Source: a virus (lineage: Duplodnaviria > Caudoviricetes). Taken from it: 64,000 nucleotides of DNA. A program made the position numbers and the translations under genes. Positions 19,087 to 28,240 of this stretch are shown here, one piece after another. Under the pieces are notes generated by a model that made no database searches, had not been told where the DNA came from, and saw only the letters and a list, made by a program, of their open reading frames with translations. Location: positions 32,001 through 96,000 of IMG/VR virus record IMGVR_UViG_2671180612_000001. The stretch is one strand, 5' to 3'. Each line of letters starts with the position of its first letter. The first letter of the stretch is position 1.

Positions 19087-19391
19087 TGGCCTTTCGTCTC
19101 AACCCACCCCGCATCCCGCTCGACAAGCTCGTCTGGGACGAGATCGGCGAAGACGACAACCCGCGCTCCCGGCTGCTTGCCCATATCGAGATTGGCCCGG
19201 TCAGCCTGCACCTCGAGGCGTGGGAGGTCACGGAGCGCGACGACGGCAACGGCAGCGAGCAGGTGGCCGTCGAAGGCTCCGCGCGCACCGACGACCTCGA
19301 CCGGCTCCAGACCATGATGGACTGCGCCTTCACCACCCTCGACATGAACGGGCGCTCCTACGTGCTCGTCGCCACACCCTACGGAAGCTGA
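19086..19391 (+). CDS. hypothetical protein
   Basis: TGATG coupling, AGGAG RBS. Confidence 0.65.
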   Translation: MAFRLNPPRIPLDKLVWDEIGEDDNPRSRLLAHIEIGPVSLHLEAWEVTERDDGNGSEQVAVEGSARTDDLDRLQTMMDCAFTTLDMNGRSYVLVATPYGS

Positions 19392-19392
19392 C

Positions 19393-19782
19393 ATGCGCGT
19401 TATCGAACTCCAGGCGCTCCTGCATCACCACGTCCAGGTCGATGCGTATCCGCACCAGTCGCCGGCCTACAACTCGGCGATCGCCACGCTGATTAACAAG
19501 GGCTTCATCGAGCGCGGGCCGGAAGGCATCACGACGTCCAAGGCCGGCGCCGCGTTCGTCGAGCAGCTCAAGGCGGTCGGCGAGCCGCAGACGCCGGCGC
19601 AGGCCGCGCTGTTTCCCGCACCCGAGATCACCAAGGCGCAGCTCCGGAAGGCTGACCAGGACGCGCGGTCGATGACGGTCGGCGAGGCCGTGATCGGGCT
19701 GTTCCGCATCATGGGCGGCACGCTCCTCGTCATCTTCGTCATCGTGGCCTTCATCTCATTTCTGCAATGGCTGCACCCATGA
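19393..19782 (+). CDS. protein with C-terminal TM helix
   Basis: Hydrophobic tail GTLLVIFVIVAFISFL. Confidence 0.6.
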   Translation: MRVIELQALLHHHVQVDAYPHQSPAYNSAIATLINKGFIERGPEGITTSKAGAAFVEQLKAVGEPQTPAQAALFPAPEITKAQLRKADQDARSMTVGEAVIGLFRIMGGTLLVIFVIVAFISFLQWLHP

Positions 19783-20078
19783 GAGAGAAGCCCGAAATCA
19801 TCGTGGTCGGCGCCTGTTCGGTGCTGGGCCATCTGGAAGCCCTCCAAGCCCTCGTCGATCGAGGGACCGGCGTTGGCGTCATCGTCTGCGACCTGGAGAT
19901 GACGCCTGACGAGGTCGCCGCGCGCTTCGGCCAGGAACACGAGCGCGTCAGCCATCCGCCGCTGCCTCCCGAGCCGGTTGAGATCGAGCTGAAGCCGCTT
20001 TACGATCCCGTTTTGTTCGATCGGCCGGCGCCGACCCATCCGACTTCACCGCGCGCATCATGGAGGCGCAGACGATGA
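19779..20078 (+). CDS. hypothetical protein
   Basis: ATGA coupling. Confidence 0.45.
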   Translation: MREKPEIIVVGACSVLGHLEALQALVDRGTGVGVIVCDLEMTPDEVAARFGQEHERVSHPPLPPEPVEIELKPLYDPVLFDRPAPTHPTSPRASWRRRR

Positions 20079-20383
20079 CCGACATCCTCATGTTCCGGCT
20101 TGGCGAACGCGACACGCAGCGCACGGCATCGGTCCACGACGAGATCCGCGAGAAGGGCACGTCCTGGGCCGCTGACGAGATCGCGCGCCTTCGCCTGCTC
20201 GAGGGTCCGCCGTCCTATCGGGACGTCGAGAGCGACCCGCAGACGCTCCGCTCCTACGTCTTCTACAAGCTGCGCACGTCCATGGCGATGCAGCGGCTTG
20301 TGGACCTGCTGCGGGAGAAGAACCTGTCGGCCGACGAGATCGTCGACCACGTCATCCACTCGGCGGGAGCGCGCGGGCTGTGA
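20075..20383 (+). CDS. hypothetical protein
   Basis: GGAGG RBS, ATGA coupling. Confidence 0.6.
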   Translation: MTDILMFRLGERDTQRTASVHDEIREKGTSWAADEIARLRLLEGPPSYRDVESDPQTLRSYVFYKLRTSMAMQRLVDLLREKNLSADEIVDHVIHSAGARGL

Positions 20384-20577
20384 GCACGCCGCTCGCACGT
20401 CACCTCGACGCGATCCTCGAGATCGTCGCCAGCTCCGGCCAGGCCGAGCTATCGGACCAGCTCGCGGACTACCGGAGCCGCGGCGAACTCTACGACGACT
20501 TCCTGACCGACCTCGCCAACCTGATCAACGCCTCGAGCGCCGAGTGGGACGAGAGCATGAGAGGAGACCCGCATTGA
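20380..20577 (+). CDS. hypothetical protein
   Basis: GTGA coupling. Confidence 0.55.
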   Translation: MSTPLARHLDAILEIVASSGQAELSDQLADYRSRGELYDDFLTDLANLINASSAEWDESMRGDPH

Positions 20578-20777
20578 GCCTGAAAGCTCGCCTGCGCTAC
20601 CGAGGGTCTGAAGAGTCGATCGAGGTCAATCTCCACCTTCTCCCGCGGAAGGGGGACATCGTGCGCTACGACGGCATGGATCCGAACTTCATCCACAGCG
20701 TCGCCTATTTTTGGCACACTTTCACGGCGTCCGGACAGGAGGTCGATATTTTCCTGCTTAAGACGCCGAGGACGTGA
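20574..20777 (+). CDS. hypothetical protein (TTG start)
   Basis: GAGGAG RBS; LPRKGDIV motif. Confidence 0.45.
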   Translation: MSLKARLRYRGSEESIEVNLHLLPRKGDIVRYDGMDPNFIHSVAYFWHTFTASGQEVDIFLLKTPRT

Positions 20778-20796
20778 GCATGAGGGGAGATCCGCG

Positions 20797-21147
20797 TTGA
20801 CCCAGACGACTTCGAACGAGCTCCGCTACGCCCGCAAGCACGCCGTCCTCAAGGCGCTGCGCGAGCATGGGTTAGACACCGACGACGGCTCCAAGAACGA
20901 CGACATCGCCAACGTCGTGGTCGATGCGCTCTTCCCGTCGGCCGGTCCCATCACGGGCGCCGAATACACGATCCAGGCCGGCGACACGCTGCGCGGGATC
21001 GCGGCACGCCTGCCGGCCGGCATCGACTGGACCTGGCTCTTCAAGCGCAACCGCGAGGTGCTCACGAAAGCCGCGAAGGAGCGCGGCTTCCGGGAGGCGG
21101 ACTGGAACAAGATCTGGCCCGGCACGACGATCCGCGTCACTGCCTGA
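20797..21147 (+). CDS. LysM-domain protein
   Basis: YTIQAGDTLRGIAARL...W..L...N...KIWPGTTIRV. Confidence 0.8.
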   Translation: MTQTTSNELRYARKHAVLKALREHGLDTDDGSKNDDIANVVVDALFPSAGPITGAEYTIQAGDTLRGIAARLPAGIDWTWLFKRNREVLTKAAKERGFREADWNKIWPGTTIRVTA

Positions 21148-21319
21148 CCAGGCGGATCGAGGCGCGCCGCTCCTGGCGCACCAGATAGGCTTCGGTCATC
21201 TTCATGGCGTCCTCGTAGAACTCCAGCTTGTCGACCGCCTCGCGCATGAGTGCGGCCGTCTCGGGCGAGGCATTGTGGGTGGCATCCTTCAGACGGTCGA
21301 TCAGTTCCGGCCGGGCCAT
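21137..21319 (-). CDS. small hypothetical protein
   Basis: AAGGAG RBS on the - strand; MARPELIDRLK... Confidence 0.5.
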   Translation of the reverse strand: MARPELIDRLKDATHNASPETAALMREAVDKLEFYEDAMKMTEAYLVRQERRASIRLVRQ

Positions 21320-21330
21320 TCTTCTCTCCT

Positions 21331-21645
21331 TCAGTATCGCCGGACCATGCCTGGTCTGGGCTTCCATTGCGCCAGTGCCTCGCGCGGGAGGATGTCGAGG
21401 ATGGCGTAGCGAACGTATCGGGAGAGCTTGCCGCAGGTGGTGCAGCGCCACCGGAGATCCTCGATCTCGGCGCCGCCCTGGATGTAGCCCATGAAGTCGT
21501 AGCAGCGGTAGATCACCTCTTTTCCGCAGCCGCGACACACGATCCGGATGCCGAGGTTCTTCCGTAGCCCCTCGTCGAAGCTTCTGACCCTCTGCACCAC
21601 TGCGAATCTCTCCGTTCCGTTCGTAGGAGAACATACCCAGAACAA
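21331..21645 (-). CDS. Zn-ribbon protein (start uncertain)
   Basis: CRGCG...LRWRCTTCG. Confidence 0.55.
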   Translation of the reverse strand: MFWVCSPTNGTERFAVVQRVRSFDEGLRKNLGIRIVCRGCGKEVIYRCYDFMGYIQGGAEIEDLRWRCTTCGKLSRYVRYAILDILPREALAQWKPRPGMVRRY

Positions 21646-21743
21646 AACGGTTGCGGGAAGATCGCAGGAACAAATTCCTGTGGACGCACATCGACTCGCA
21701 TCCCGACCAGGGGTCGTCTATATTCAGCATCAGGAGAGCAATC

Positions 21744-22127
21744 ATGAGCGCAGAAGAGAAGCCAAACCTCGGGAACCGTCGTCGTGGCCGCATCGGCAAT
21801 GAGATCACGGGTCCGCGTGGCGCCGCCGCGGTGATCGGCACCAAGGACGGCCAGGTTTCGCCGCGCACCTACGTCGTTGAGACGCGCGACCTCAATGCCG
21901 GCCCGCGCATCGTGGTTGAAGGGACGTCCCGTCACCTAGCGATGGACCCGTATCCGCCCGAGAAGATGGACCCGCAGTCCTCCAAGCTGATGGCCGCTAT
22001 CTTCGGCGAGAAGGAAGCGCAGACCACGCAGCGCGTGGCGCGCGCCGATGACGACCAGGTGCGCTCGGCCGCGAAGCGCCTCCTCAAGAAGCGCATGGGC
22101 CTCATGACGGCGCTCGCCCACCGCTGA
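21744..22127 (+). CDS. putative antitoxin for Doc
   Basis: Directly upstream of and coupled to doc; amphipathic C-terminal helix ending LMTALAHR. Confidence 0.6.
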   Translation: MSAEEKPNLGNRRRGRIGNEITGPRGAAAVIGTKDGQVSPRTYVVETRDLNAGPRIVVEGTSRHLAMDPYPPEKMDPQSSKLMAAIFGEKEAQTTQRVARADDDQVRSAAKRLLKKRMGLMTALAHR

Positions 22128-22552
22128 TGATCTTCCTCACTGTCGAACAGGTCATCGGGGCTCACGACATGATCCTCGAGGCGACCGGCATAGGTGTGCC
22201 CGGCGTCAAGGATGCCAACACGCTCGCATCGGGCGTCGACCGGGCCGAGACCCGCGCCTATTACAACGAAAGCGCTGACGCGGCTTCCCTGGCCGCGGCA
22301 GTGTGCTTCGGCATTGCCAAGGCGCATGGATTCAACGACGCCAACAAGCGCACCGCGGCCTTCTGCTGCGAACTCTTCCTGAACCTCAATGGGCTGGATC
22401 TCGATCTCTCGGACAACCTGTTCGAGGACATGATCGTGAACCTCGCGGCCGGCGCGCTCAACGAGGAGGGCTTCGCCAACATGATCCGCCCGCTGCTACG
22501 GCCGGCGAGCGACGACCTGGAAGAGGTCGAGGATCACGCGCCCGGCCCGTGA
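22127..22552 (+). CDS. doc: Fic/Doc family death-on-curing toxin
   Basis: Catalytic motif HGFNDANKRTA. Confidence 0.9.
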   Translation: MIFLTVEQVIGAHDMILEATGIGVPGVKDANTLASGVDRAETRAYYNESADAASLAAAVCFGIAKAHGFNDANKRTAAFCCELFLNLNGLDLDLSDNLFEDMIVNLAAGALNEEGFANMIRPLLRPASDDLEEVEDHAPGP

Positions 22553-22873
22553 CCCCTCATAGGGTCCGTCGAAGAGATCGCCGATCGCCGCGCGCTTGAA
22601 CCAGTTGAACCAGCGCCGGCGAATGTGCTCGGGCGCGTCGTGCAGCATGTGGCAGCGCTGGCAGAACGCGCGCAGGTTCGCCGGATCGTTGTTCGTCGGG
22701 TCGTGGTCCACATGGGCGCAGGCCAAGCGCACCGTGTAGGTCTTGGAGATCTCGGTGCCGTGCGCGACACCACAACCCTCGCAGCAGCCGCCCGCGCGCT
22801 TGAACCGAATGGCCCAGGAGAGCTGCGGCCAGTCGACGGGGTAGAGGTCGCGGTCTTCAGGACGGATCGGCAT
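22496..22873 (-). CDS. HNH endonuclease-like protein
   Basis: CEGCG...LACAHVDHDPTNNDPANLRAFCQRCHMLHD. Confidence 0.85.
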   Translation of the reverse strand: MPIRPEDRDLYPVDWPQLSWAIRFKRAGGCCEGCGVAHGTEISKTYTVRLACAHVDHDPTNNDPANLRAFCQRCHMLHDAPEHIRRRWFNWFKRAAIGDLFDGPYEGSRAGRVILDLFQVVARRP

Positions 22874-22918
22874 GTAAGAATCGTAGCGAGCGCGGGACTC
22901 GCCGTCGAGACCGCACGG

Positions 22919-23050
22919 TCAGCCAAGGCCGCTATGCCGTAGGACGATCTCGTAGATCACATCCATTGCTGCGAGCACTTTCGAGACCTCGATCACGATT
23001 GTCGCGAACTGGCGCCAGCGGTTCTTCTTGGGGGAGGGGTTCTCGGGCAT
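22919..23050 (-). CDS. 43-aa small protein (not in the ORF track)
   Basis: GAAGGAG RBS; MPENPSPKKNRWRQFATIVIEVSKVLAAMDVIYEIVLRHSGLG. Confidence 0.4.
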   Translation of the reverse strand: MPENPSPKKNRWRQFATIVIEVSKVLAAMDVIYEIVLRHSGLG

Positions 23051-23313
23051 CGACGGACTCCTTCATTGATGAAAAGGAGATCCGGTCCGGTCTGATGATG
23101 TGGGCCTATCGCGGAGGGCTTGTAAAGACCCTAAACTGCGGCTGGCACAGCCTGTGCTCCACCCGCGTTAAAACGATGGGGAGTTCTCGGGATAACCTGT
23201 TGATCTTGCAGGCACGTTAAGCGACCCGCGCTTCCAAAGTTTCACCCGCGAGTTGGGAAAGCAGGTGTCGTCAAGGGCTCTTTTGACCCCGACTCGCTCA
23301 ATGGTGTCGAGCT

Positions 23314-23340
23314 GAAAGCCCGGCACGAGGCCGGGCTTTC
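23314..23340. terminator. hairpin terminator downstream of the SGNH genes
   Basis: GAAAGCCCGGC-ACGAG-GCCGGGCTTTC. Confidence 0.7.
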
Positions 23341-23346
23341 CAAGTT

Positions 23347-24732
23347 TCAGGCGGCAATCAGCGCCATGTTGAGGACGTCGATCGTGCCGCCGATCGTCCT
23401 GCCGTTCAGCGCCCGCGCGCCGAGAATGATGCGGGGCGTTGCCGCCGTCAGCACGAAGGCCGGGGTCAGCATCAGGCCCGGCCCCACGCTCGCCGGCAGG
23501 TTGCCGGACGGGTTGTCGTTCGCCGAGCGGTCCGCCGCGTGGGCGTCGATGTAGCTCATATCCGCGACGCCGCCCGAATAGACGGACGTATTCGGGTTGA
23601 TGCTCGGGCTGATCGCCTCGACGTTCTGGACGCCCGACCAGCCGTCGAACTCCACTGCGAGGCGCACCCGGTCGCCCACCGAGCGGCCGGAGAGGTTCAT
23701 CAGGAGGAGTGCGAACTCGGCGTTCGACATCATCGTCCCGCCAAGCACGATGCGCTGGACCGGACGCCCGGTGTTCGGTCCCGTCACCTTCGAATAGGCG
23801 CGCGTGTGGCCTGTGTCCGCACCGTGGCCGCCGATCCATCCGGACGCGACCGTGCCGCTGCCTCCCGTGCCTGGCGTCCCGCCGCTCGAATCCAGCGCAG
23901 GGTTCGAACTTCGACTGCCGCTCGGATTGTAGACTGCATCGAAGCTGTCGGTGTTCGTCATAGCGGTGAGGCCAGCCGAGATTGGGAAGCGAGCCTGGAA
24001 CACCGGGAGAAGACGAAGAGCGCGCTGATACGCGCCAAGGCCCGTTGTGTGCAGAGGCGCGGCCGCGACACCGCCCGCCCGGCTTGTCACCATACCATCG
24101 AGAGCGCGCCCATCGCCGGAAGCAGGGTTCGCATAGCCCGGCTCCATATCGACCACGCAGACGCCGGGCTTGCCTCGGTAGATCTCGCGCATAGCTCGAC
24201 GGACGTGAAGACGGGCACGGTTCATGTTGGCGTTCGGAAAGACGCTGCCGCTGCTGTCACCGCCAGCCGAGGGGGTCTCCAGGATCAGAAACCGTCCTGC
24301 GGCGCGGCAGAGCTGATAGGCAGTTTCGATCGCCCCAAGTTCCTCGGATACGACGTTCGGATTGTTAGCGAGGAAGCCATTGATCGAGGACGGCATAACG
24401 ATCGTATCGGCGTCGTCTTTTGCCAGAATGCCACGAAGGCGTGCAACGATCTCGGGCGTCTTCTGTCCGACGATGCCATAGTTGCCGGTGCCGTCGAAAT
24501 CGAAGGACTGGTGCGTGAGGTAGCGCAACCAGTTGAGCTCCCCGACTACAAGATAGCGATTGCCGCTCCCTCCCGCCGCACGGTTCCAAACGCCGCTCCC
24601 GGACGAGAACGTGTGCCGGAACATGAAGCTGTCTCCGACAACAATCACTCGTCGGTTGCGGGCGGCGTCCAGCGCGAGTGAAGAGACGCCGCTACCGGAA
24701 TTGCCGCCGATGAAAAGACCAGTGCCGATCAT
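23347..24732 (-). CDS. SGNH/GDSL esterase-like protein with C-terminal beta domain
   Basis: VVGDSF (block I), GIVGQKT (block II), SING (block III), PLHTTGLGA (block V-like). Confidence 0.7.
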   Translation of the reverse strand: MIGTGLFIGGNSGSGVSSLALDAARNRRVIVVGDSFMFRHTFSSGSGVWNRAAGGSGNRYLVVGELNWLRYLTHQSFDFDGTGNYGIVGQKTPEIVARLRGILAKDDADTIVMPSSINGFLANNPNVVSEELGAIETAYQLCRAAGRFLILETPSAGGDSSGSVFPNANMNRARLHVRRAMREIYRGKPGVCVVDMEPGYANPASGDGRALDGMVTSRAGGVAAAPLHTTGLGAYQRALRLLPVFQARFPISAGLTAMTNTDSFDAVYNPSGSRSSNPALDSSGGTPGTGGSGTVASGWIGGHGADTGHTRAYSKVTGPNTGRPVQRIVLGGTMMSNAEFALLLMNLSGRSVGDRVRLAVEFDGWSGVQNVEAISPSINPNTSVYSGGVADMSYIDAHAADRSANDNPSGNLPASVGPGLMLTPAFVLTAATPRIILGARALNGRTIGGTIDVLNMALIAA

Positions 24733-24733
24733 G

Positions 24734-26371
24734 TCAGCGGTTCCACGCCGGCCGCGGGCTCGCCACCTTGCGGAAGACGAGCGGCGAGACCTTGATCTGG
24801 AACGCCTTGGACGCCTCGCGGCGCCAGGACATCGCGAGGTTGAAGAGGTCCATGTAGGAGCTCACGCCCGTCGCAGCGTCGAGACCCTCCATCTTGTGCG
24901 GCAGGGTGCGCAGCAGGAGCTTCTCACCGTTGCGGAACGGGATCGGCACGCTGTTCTCCGCGCCCCGACGGTTGACGCCGCCCGTGACCGGCATCGTCAG
25001 CCCGCCGCGGTAGCGGAGCTGCAAGGACGCGCCGACGAAAATCGTCTCCTCGGACAGAAGCTCGACCTCGCAGAGCGCTTCCATCCAGTCGCCGGCGACG
25101 ATCCCGAGGGCCGAGTAGCTCGGCATGACCGGCGTGAGCGACAGCGAGTTGACGCCAGCAGCCGGAGCGGCCGGGGTGATGGTGAAGACCTGCTTCTCGG
25201 CAACGCCGGCCTCGATCACCTCCTTCGAGGCGACGATCGCTTCGGTCTGGCCGGCACCGCGGTTCACCGTGACGCTCGTTGCGACGCTGCCGGTGATCCC
25301 GCCGTTCTTGGTGCCGTTGGTGCCGAGGAACCCGCCCGTCGCGAGCAGATTGCCGGCGCGCGAACGATCCACGAAATCGCCTGCCGTCACCATGGAGCGC
25401 AGCACGTCGAGGAGCATCCCCGGTTCGGAGTTGCGGATCCAGTGACCGACCGACGTCATGTGGATGCCGTCCTCGAGGATCGGCTGGCCGGACGCGATCG
25501 CGTCCCGGATGAGCTTGCGATCATCGACGACCTTCACGCCCTCGCGAGAGCCGAGCGTCGCGCACCAGGCGCCGAAGTTTTCGAGCGTCACATGGCGCGG
25601 ATCGCCGACCTTCCAGTCGGTGCGCGGGGTCGGCATGAGGACCACGGCCCAGATGCCGGCATAGCGGAGCATGGTGAGGATGCGATCGAGCCGGAGCTTC
25701 AAGGTCTCGAGCGTGATCGGGGTCTTGCCGTCGGCCTGGCGCCGGCTGTTCACGTCGTTGGTGCCGATGTCCACGACCACGATGTCGGGCCGCATGTCGA
25801 TCGTGCGCTTCAGGCGCTCGTAGCCGCCGTTGAGGTCGTCACCGCCCAGACCTGCCTGCGATCCGGCGAAGCCCTTGGCGTCGCCCGCGCGGTTCTGCGC
25901 ATAGTCCTTATCGAACCAGGAGTTGACGTTGAAGCGCCCGTCCATGGACTGAAGAAGGCCCATGTCGCCGAACGCCGCGCCGGTGTTGATGTCGATGCGG
26001 TTGTGGAGCGCCGGCGGGACCGCGTTGCCGAAAGCGTAGCCCGAGCGCGCGATGAAGCTGTGGCCGAGACCCATGACCTTGGCGCCGGTCTTCAGTGGAA
26101 GAGCGGGAAGAGTGCGCGGGGTCGCGAAAGGAGCGCTGGTCGGCAGAACCTCTGCGGTGAGAGACGCGCCGTCGGGATCGGCGGGAAGGGTAAGCTTCCA
26201 GAAGCCGAACTCGTCGGCATGAATCGTTCCGGCGAGCGAGGCGCCGGCCTTGACCGTCACCGGCACGCCAGCACGCGCCCGGCCCGAGACGACGAACGTC
26301 TTGACGTCATAGGCGTCGATCGTGGGAACCGTATCAGCGGGGATCTTCGAGTAGGGACCGTATCCGGACAT
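24734..26371 (-). CDS. Ig-like N-terminus plus SGNH/GDSL esterase-like protein
   Basis: GLGHSF, AGLGGD, DIGTND, DGIH catalytic blocks; VSGRA..G..VTV...ADEFGFWKL Ig-like segment. Confidence 0.8.
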   Translation of the reverse strand: MSGYGPYSKIPADTVPTIDAYDVKTFVVSGRARAGVPVTVKAGASLAGTIHADEFGFWKLTLPADPDGASLTAEVLPTSAPFATPRTLPALPLKTGAKVMGLGHSFIARSGYAFGNAVPPALHNRIDINTGAAFGDMGLLQSMDGRFNVNSWFDKDYAQNRAGDAKGFAGSQAGLGGDDLNGGYERLKRTIDMRPDIVVVDIGTNDVNSRRQADGKTPITLETLKLRLDRILTMLRYAGIWAVVLMPTPRTDWKVGDPRHVTLENFGAWCATLGSREGVKVVDDRKLIRDAIASGQPILEDGIHMTSVGHWIRNSEPGMLLDVLRSMVTAGDFVDRSRAGNLLATGGFLGTNGTKNGGITGSVATSVTVNRGAGQTEAIVASKEVIEAGVAEKQVFTITPAAPAAGVNSLSLTPVMPSYSALGIVAGDWMEALCEVELLSEETIFVGASLQLRYRGGLTMPVTGGVNRRGAENSVPIPFRNGEKLLLRTLPHKMEGLDAATGVSSYMDLFNLAMSWRREASKAFQIKVSPLVFRKVASPRPAWNR

Positions 26372-26374
26372 CGA

Positions 26375-26653
26375 TCAGCCCTTCGTCACGATTGCGGAGC
26401 CCGGCAGACGCTTGGCGCGGGCATAGACGGTCTCGGTGGTGAGAGAGCCGAACGAGAAGGAGCGATGCGCGCCGGCGCCGACCGTATGGGCCTCGTCGTT
26501 CTGCGGATCGGGAAGCTCGCTATCGAGGCGAACGAGGATGTCGGTGCCCTCGCTCTCGACCAGGAGCTCCGAGACGCCAGAGGCAATCTCGGTCCACTCG
26601 TCGCGGGTGAGGTTGAAACGCTTGGTCGGCTGGAAAGCCATGATGAACTCCAT
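26375..26653 (-). CDS. small beta-rich phage protein (start probably 26641)
   Basis: First gene after an operator-promoter; GGAG before MAFQPTK. Confidence 0.65.
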   Translation of the reverse strand: MEFIMAFQPTKRFNLTRDEWTEIASGVSELLVESEGTDILVRLDSELPDPQNDEAHTVGAGAHRSFSFGSLTTETVYARAKRLPGSAIVTKG

Positions 26654-26764
26654 TGGGAACAGGAGCCACCATCATAGCAAGTAAGCGCTTACTTAACCAA
26701 GGGGAACCATATGGAAAGAGGGAAGAAGGCAGGCTGCGCGGGCACCAGAATCAGGAGAGACCCG

Positions 26765-26962
26765 GTGAGCAAAGACCTGGACGAGTTCGATCGCCTTCTC
26801 GCGGCCTACACGGAAGCGGCCTACAAATACGGAGCTGCCGAGGAGAGCAAGAAGATCAAGCGCCTGGCGGACGCATCACAGGACAGGGGCCTGACACACA
26901 ACGAGCTCCGGACATTCGTCGCCGATCGCCTCAAGAGGCTCGAGGAAGCAGAGCGCTACTAG
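26765..26962 (+). CDS. small hypothetical protein
   Basis: AGGAG RBS before GTG 26765. Confidence 0.5.
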   Translation: MSKDLDEFDRLLAAYTEAAYKYGAAEESKKIKRLADASQDRGLTHNELRTFVADRLKRLEEAERY

Positions 26963-27619
26963 CGCTTCGATTAAGGGCGATGGACCTTTACACAGAGGTC
27001 CAGTCCGACCCAGGCCAGGCTGACAAGCGTAAACCAGGCGGTTGACGCAAACCCTTGTGAGACTGGAAACGACCTTTACGCGAGCTTTACGCCCGGAGAA
27101 CCTGAAACCTCGATTTCGGGAAAGACGTAAACGTCGACCCGATCGCGCGCACAGACCAAGAGAACAGACCAGCGCAGCGCAAAGAGCACCAGAAACGCAC
27201 AGAGCAGCTCACCAGCGCGATCCAAGCGTCTGACGCGCACAGAGAGAGCGAAACACTCGGGAAGCTATTCAGCGACGAACCCTGACGATTTCGAGAAAAC
27301 AGACCAAACGCATACCCCGCAGCATCGAAAACATATCCGAGATCATCACCCATAGAGAGCGACAGAGCACGCAGACCCATAAGAGACGCATGAGCACCGG
27401 AAAGCAGCACAGCACCCATAGAGAGGGACAAGCGCACGCTTCCGGCATGTGAGAGCAGAGAGCACGCATAGAGGGGCATAGGGGGAGATAGTGAGCTGGT
27501 CTGGTGGGGTTGGCGCCTCGCCACAAACAGCCTCGAACTTCCAGACCGACCACCTCAACCCGAACGCACGCGCCGTAAGCATCCGCTTTCAATCCACACG
27601 CGCTCATGAGACAAACGAT

Positions 27620-27771
27620 CAACGACGCTTGCAGAGCTGGGCGAGCGTTCGTGTGTTGCTGACGGCAACGTCGAGGTCCACCAGCTACCAGCCGGTCTCC
27701 GGCTACCTGATCCGACAACGCCACAATTTCAGGGCTCGCTTGATCCTACGGGGTCGGCGAGCCTCTTTTTT
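27620..27771 (+). ncRNA. candidate structured small RNA
   Basis: CC-N14 promoter at 27594-27615, three hairpins, then a strong terminator; no ORF with an RBS. Confidence 0.45.
27733..27771 (+). terminator. Rho-independent terminator
   Basis: GGCTCGCTTGATCCTACGGGGTCGGCGAGCC followed by TCTTTTTT. Confidence 0.75.
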
Positions 27772-28240
27772 GGCTGACGGAAAAATTAGGAACGGAGGCA
27801 CTCCCCTGTAGGAGCATAGCCGTCACGGGGAACCCATGCCCCGCGTCCTTGGAACGCCGATCCCCACACGAGCCGGAGATCCATGGGTTTCCACGGCGCC
27901 CCGTGGTTTTCCGAGGAGGCCCGCGGGGTTTCCCGTGCCGGAGACGTCCGCCCCTAATCGCCTCTCGTCTACATTAGAAACCTGTCTAGTAGATAACTTA
28001 CCTTTGTAGGTGAGTGGCATTTAGCTCCGGCGCGATCCTTTGCACGGAAACGCGCTCACGCACGACGGCTCCCGGCCCGCTCCTAAGTAATTCCTTCCGT
28101 ATATCCGCCCGAAACGCGCCGACAAGACCCCGCGACTACACGCTTCAAGCCCATATCGTGATGCTTCATATTCACAATGCAAGCAACGAAGAAAACAAGA
28201 GCTTGCAAGCGATAGCAACGCACACACAAGGGTTTATCAA

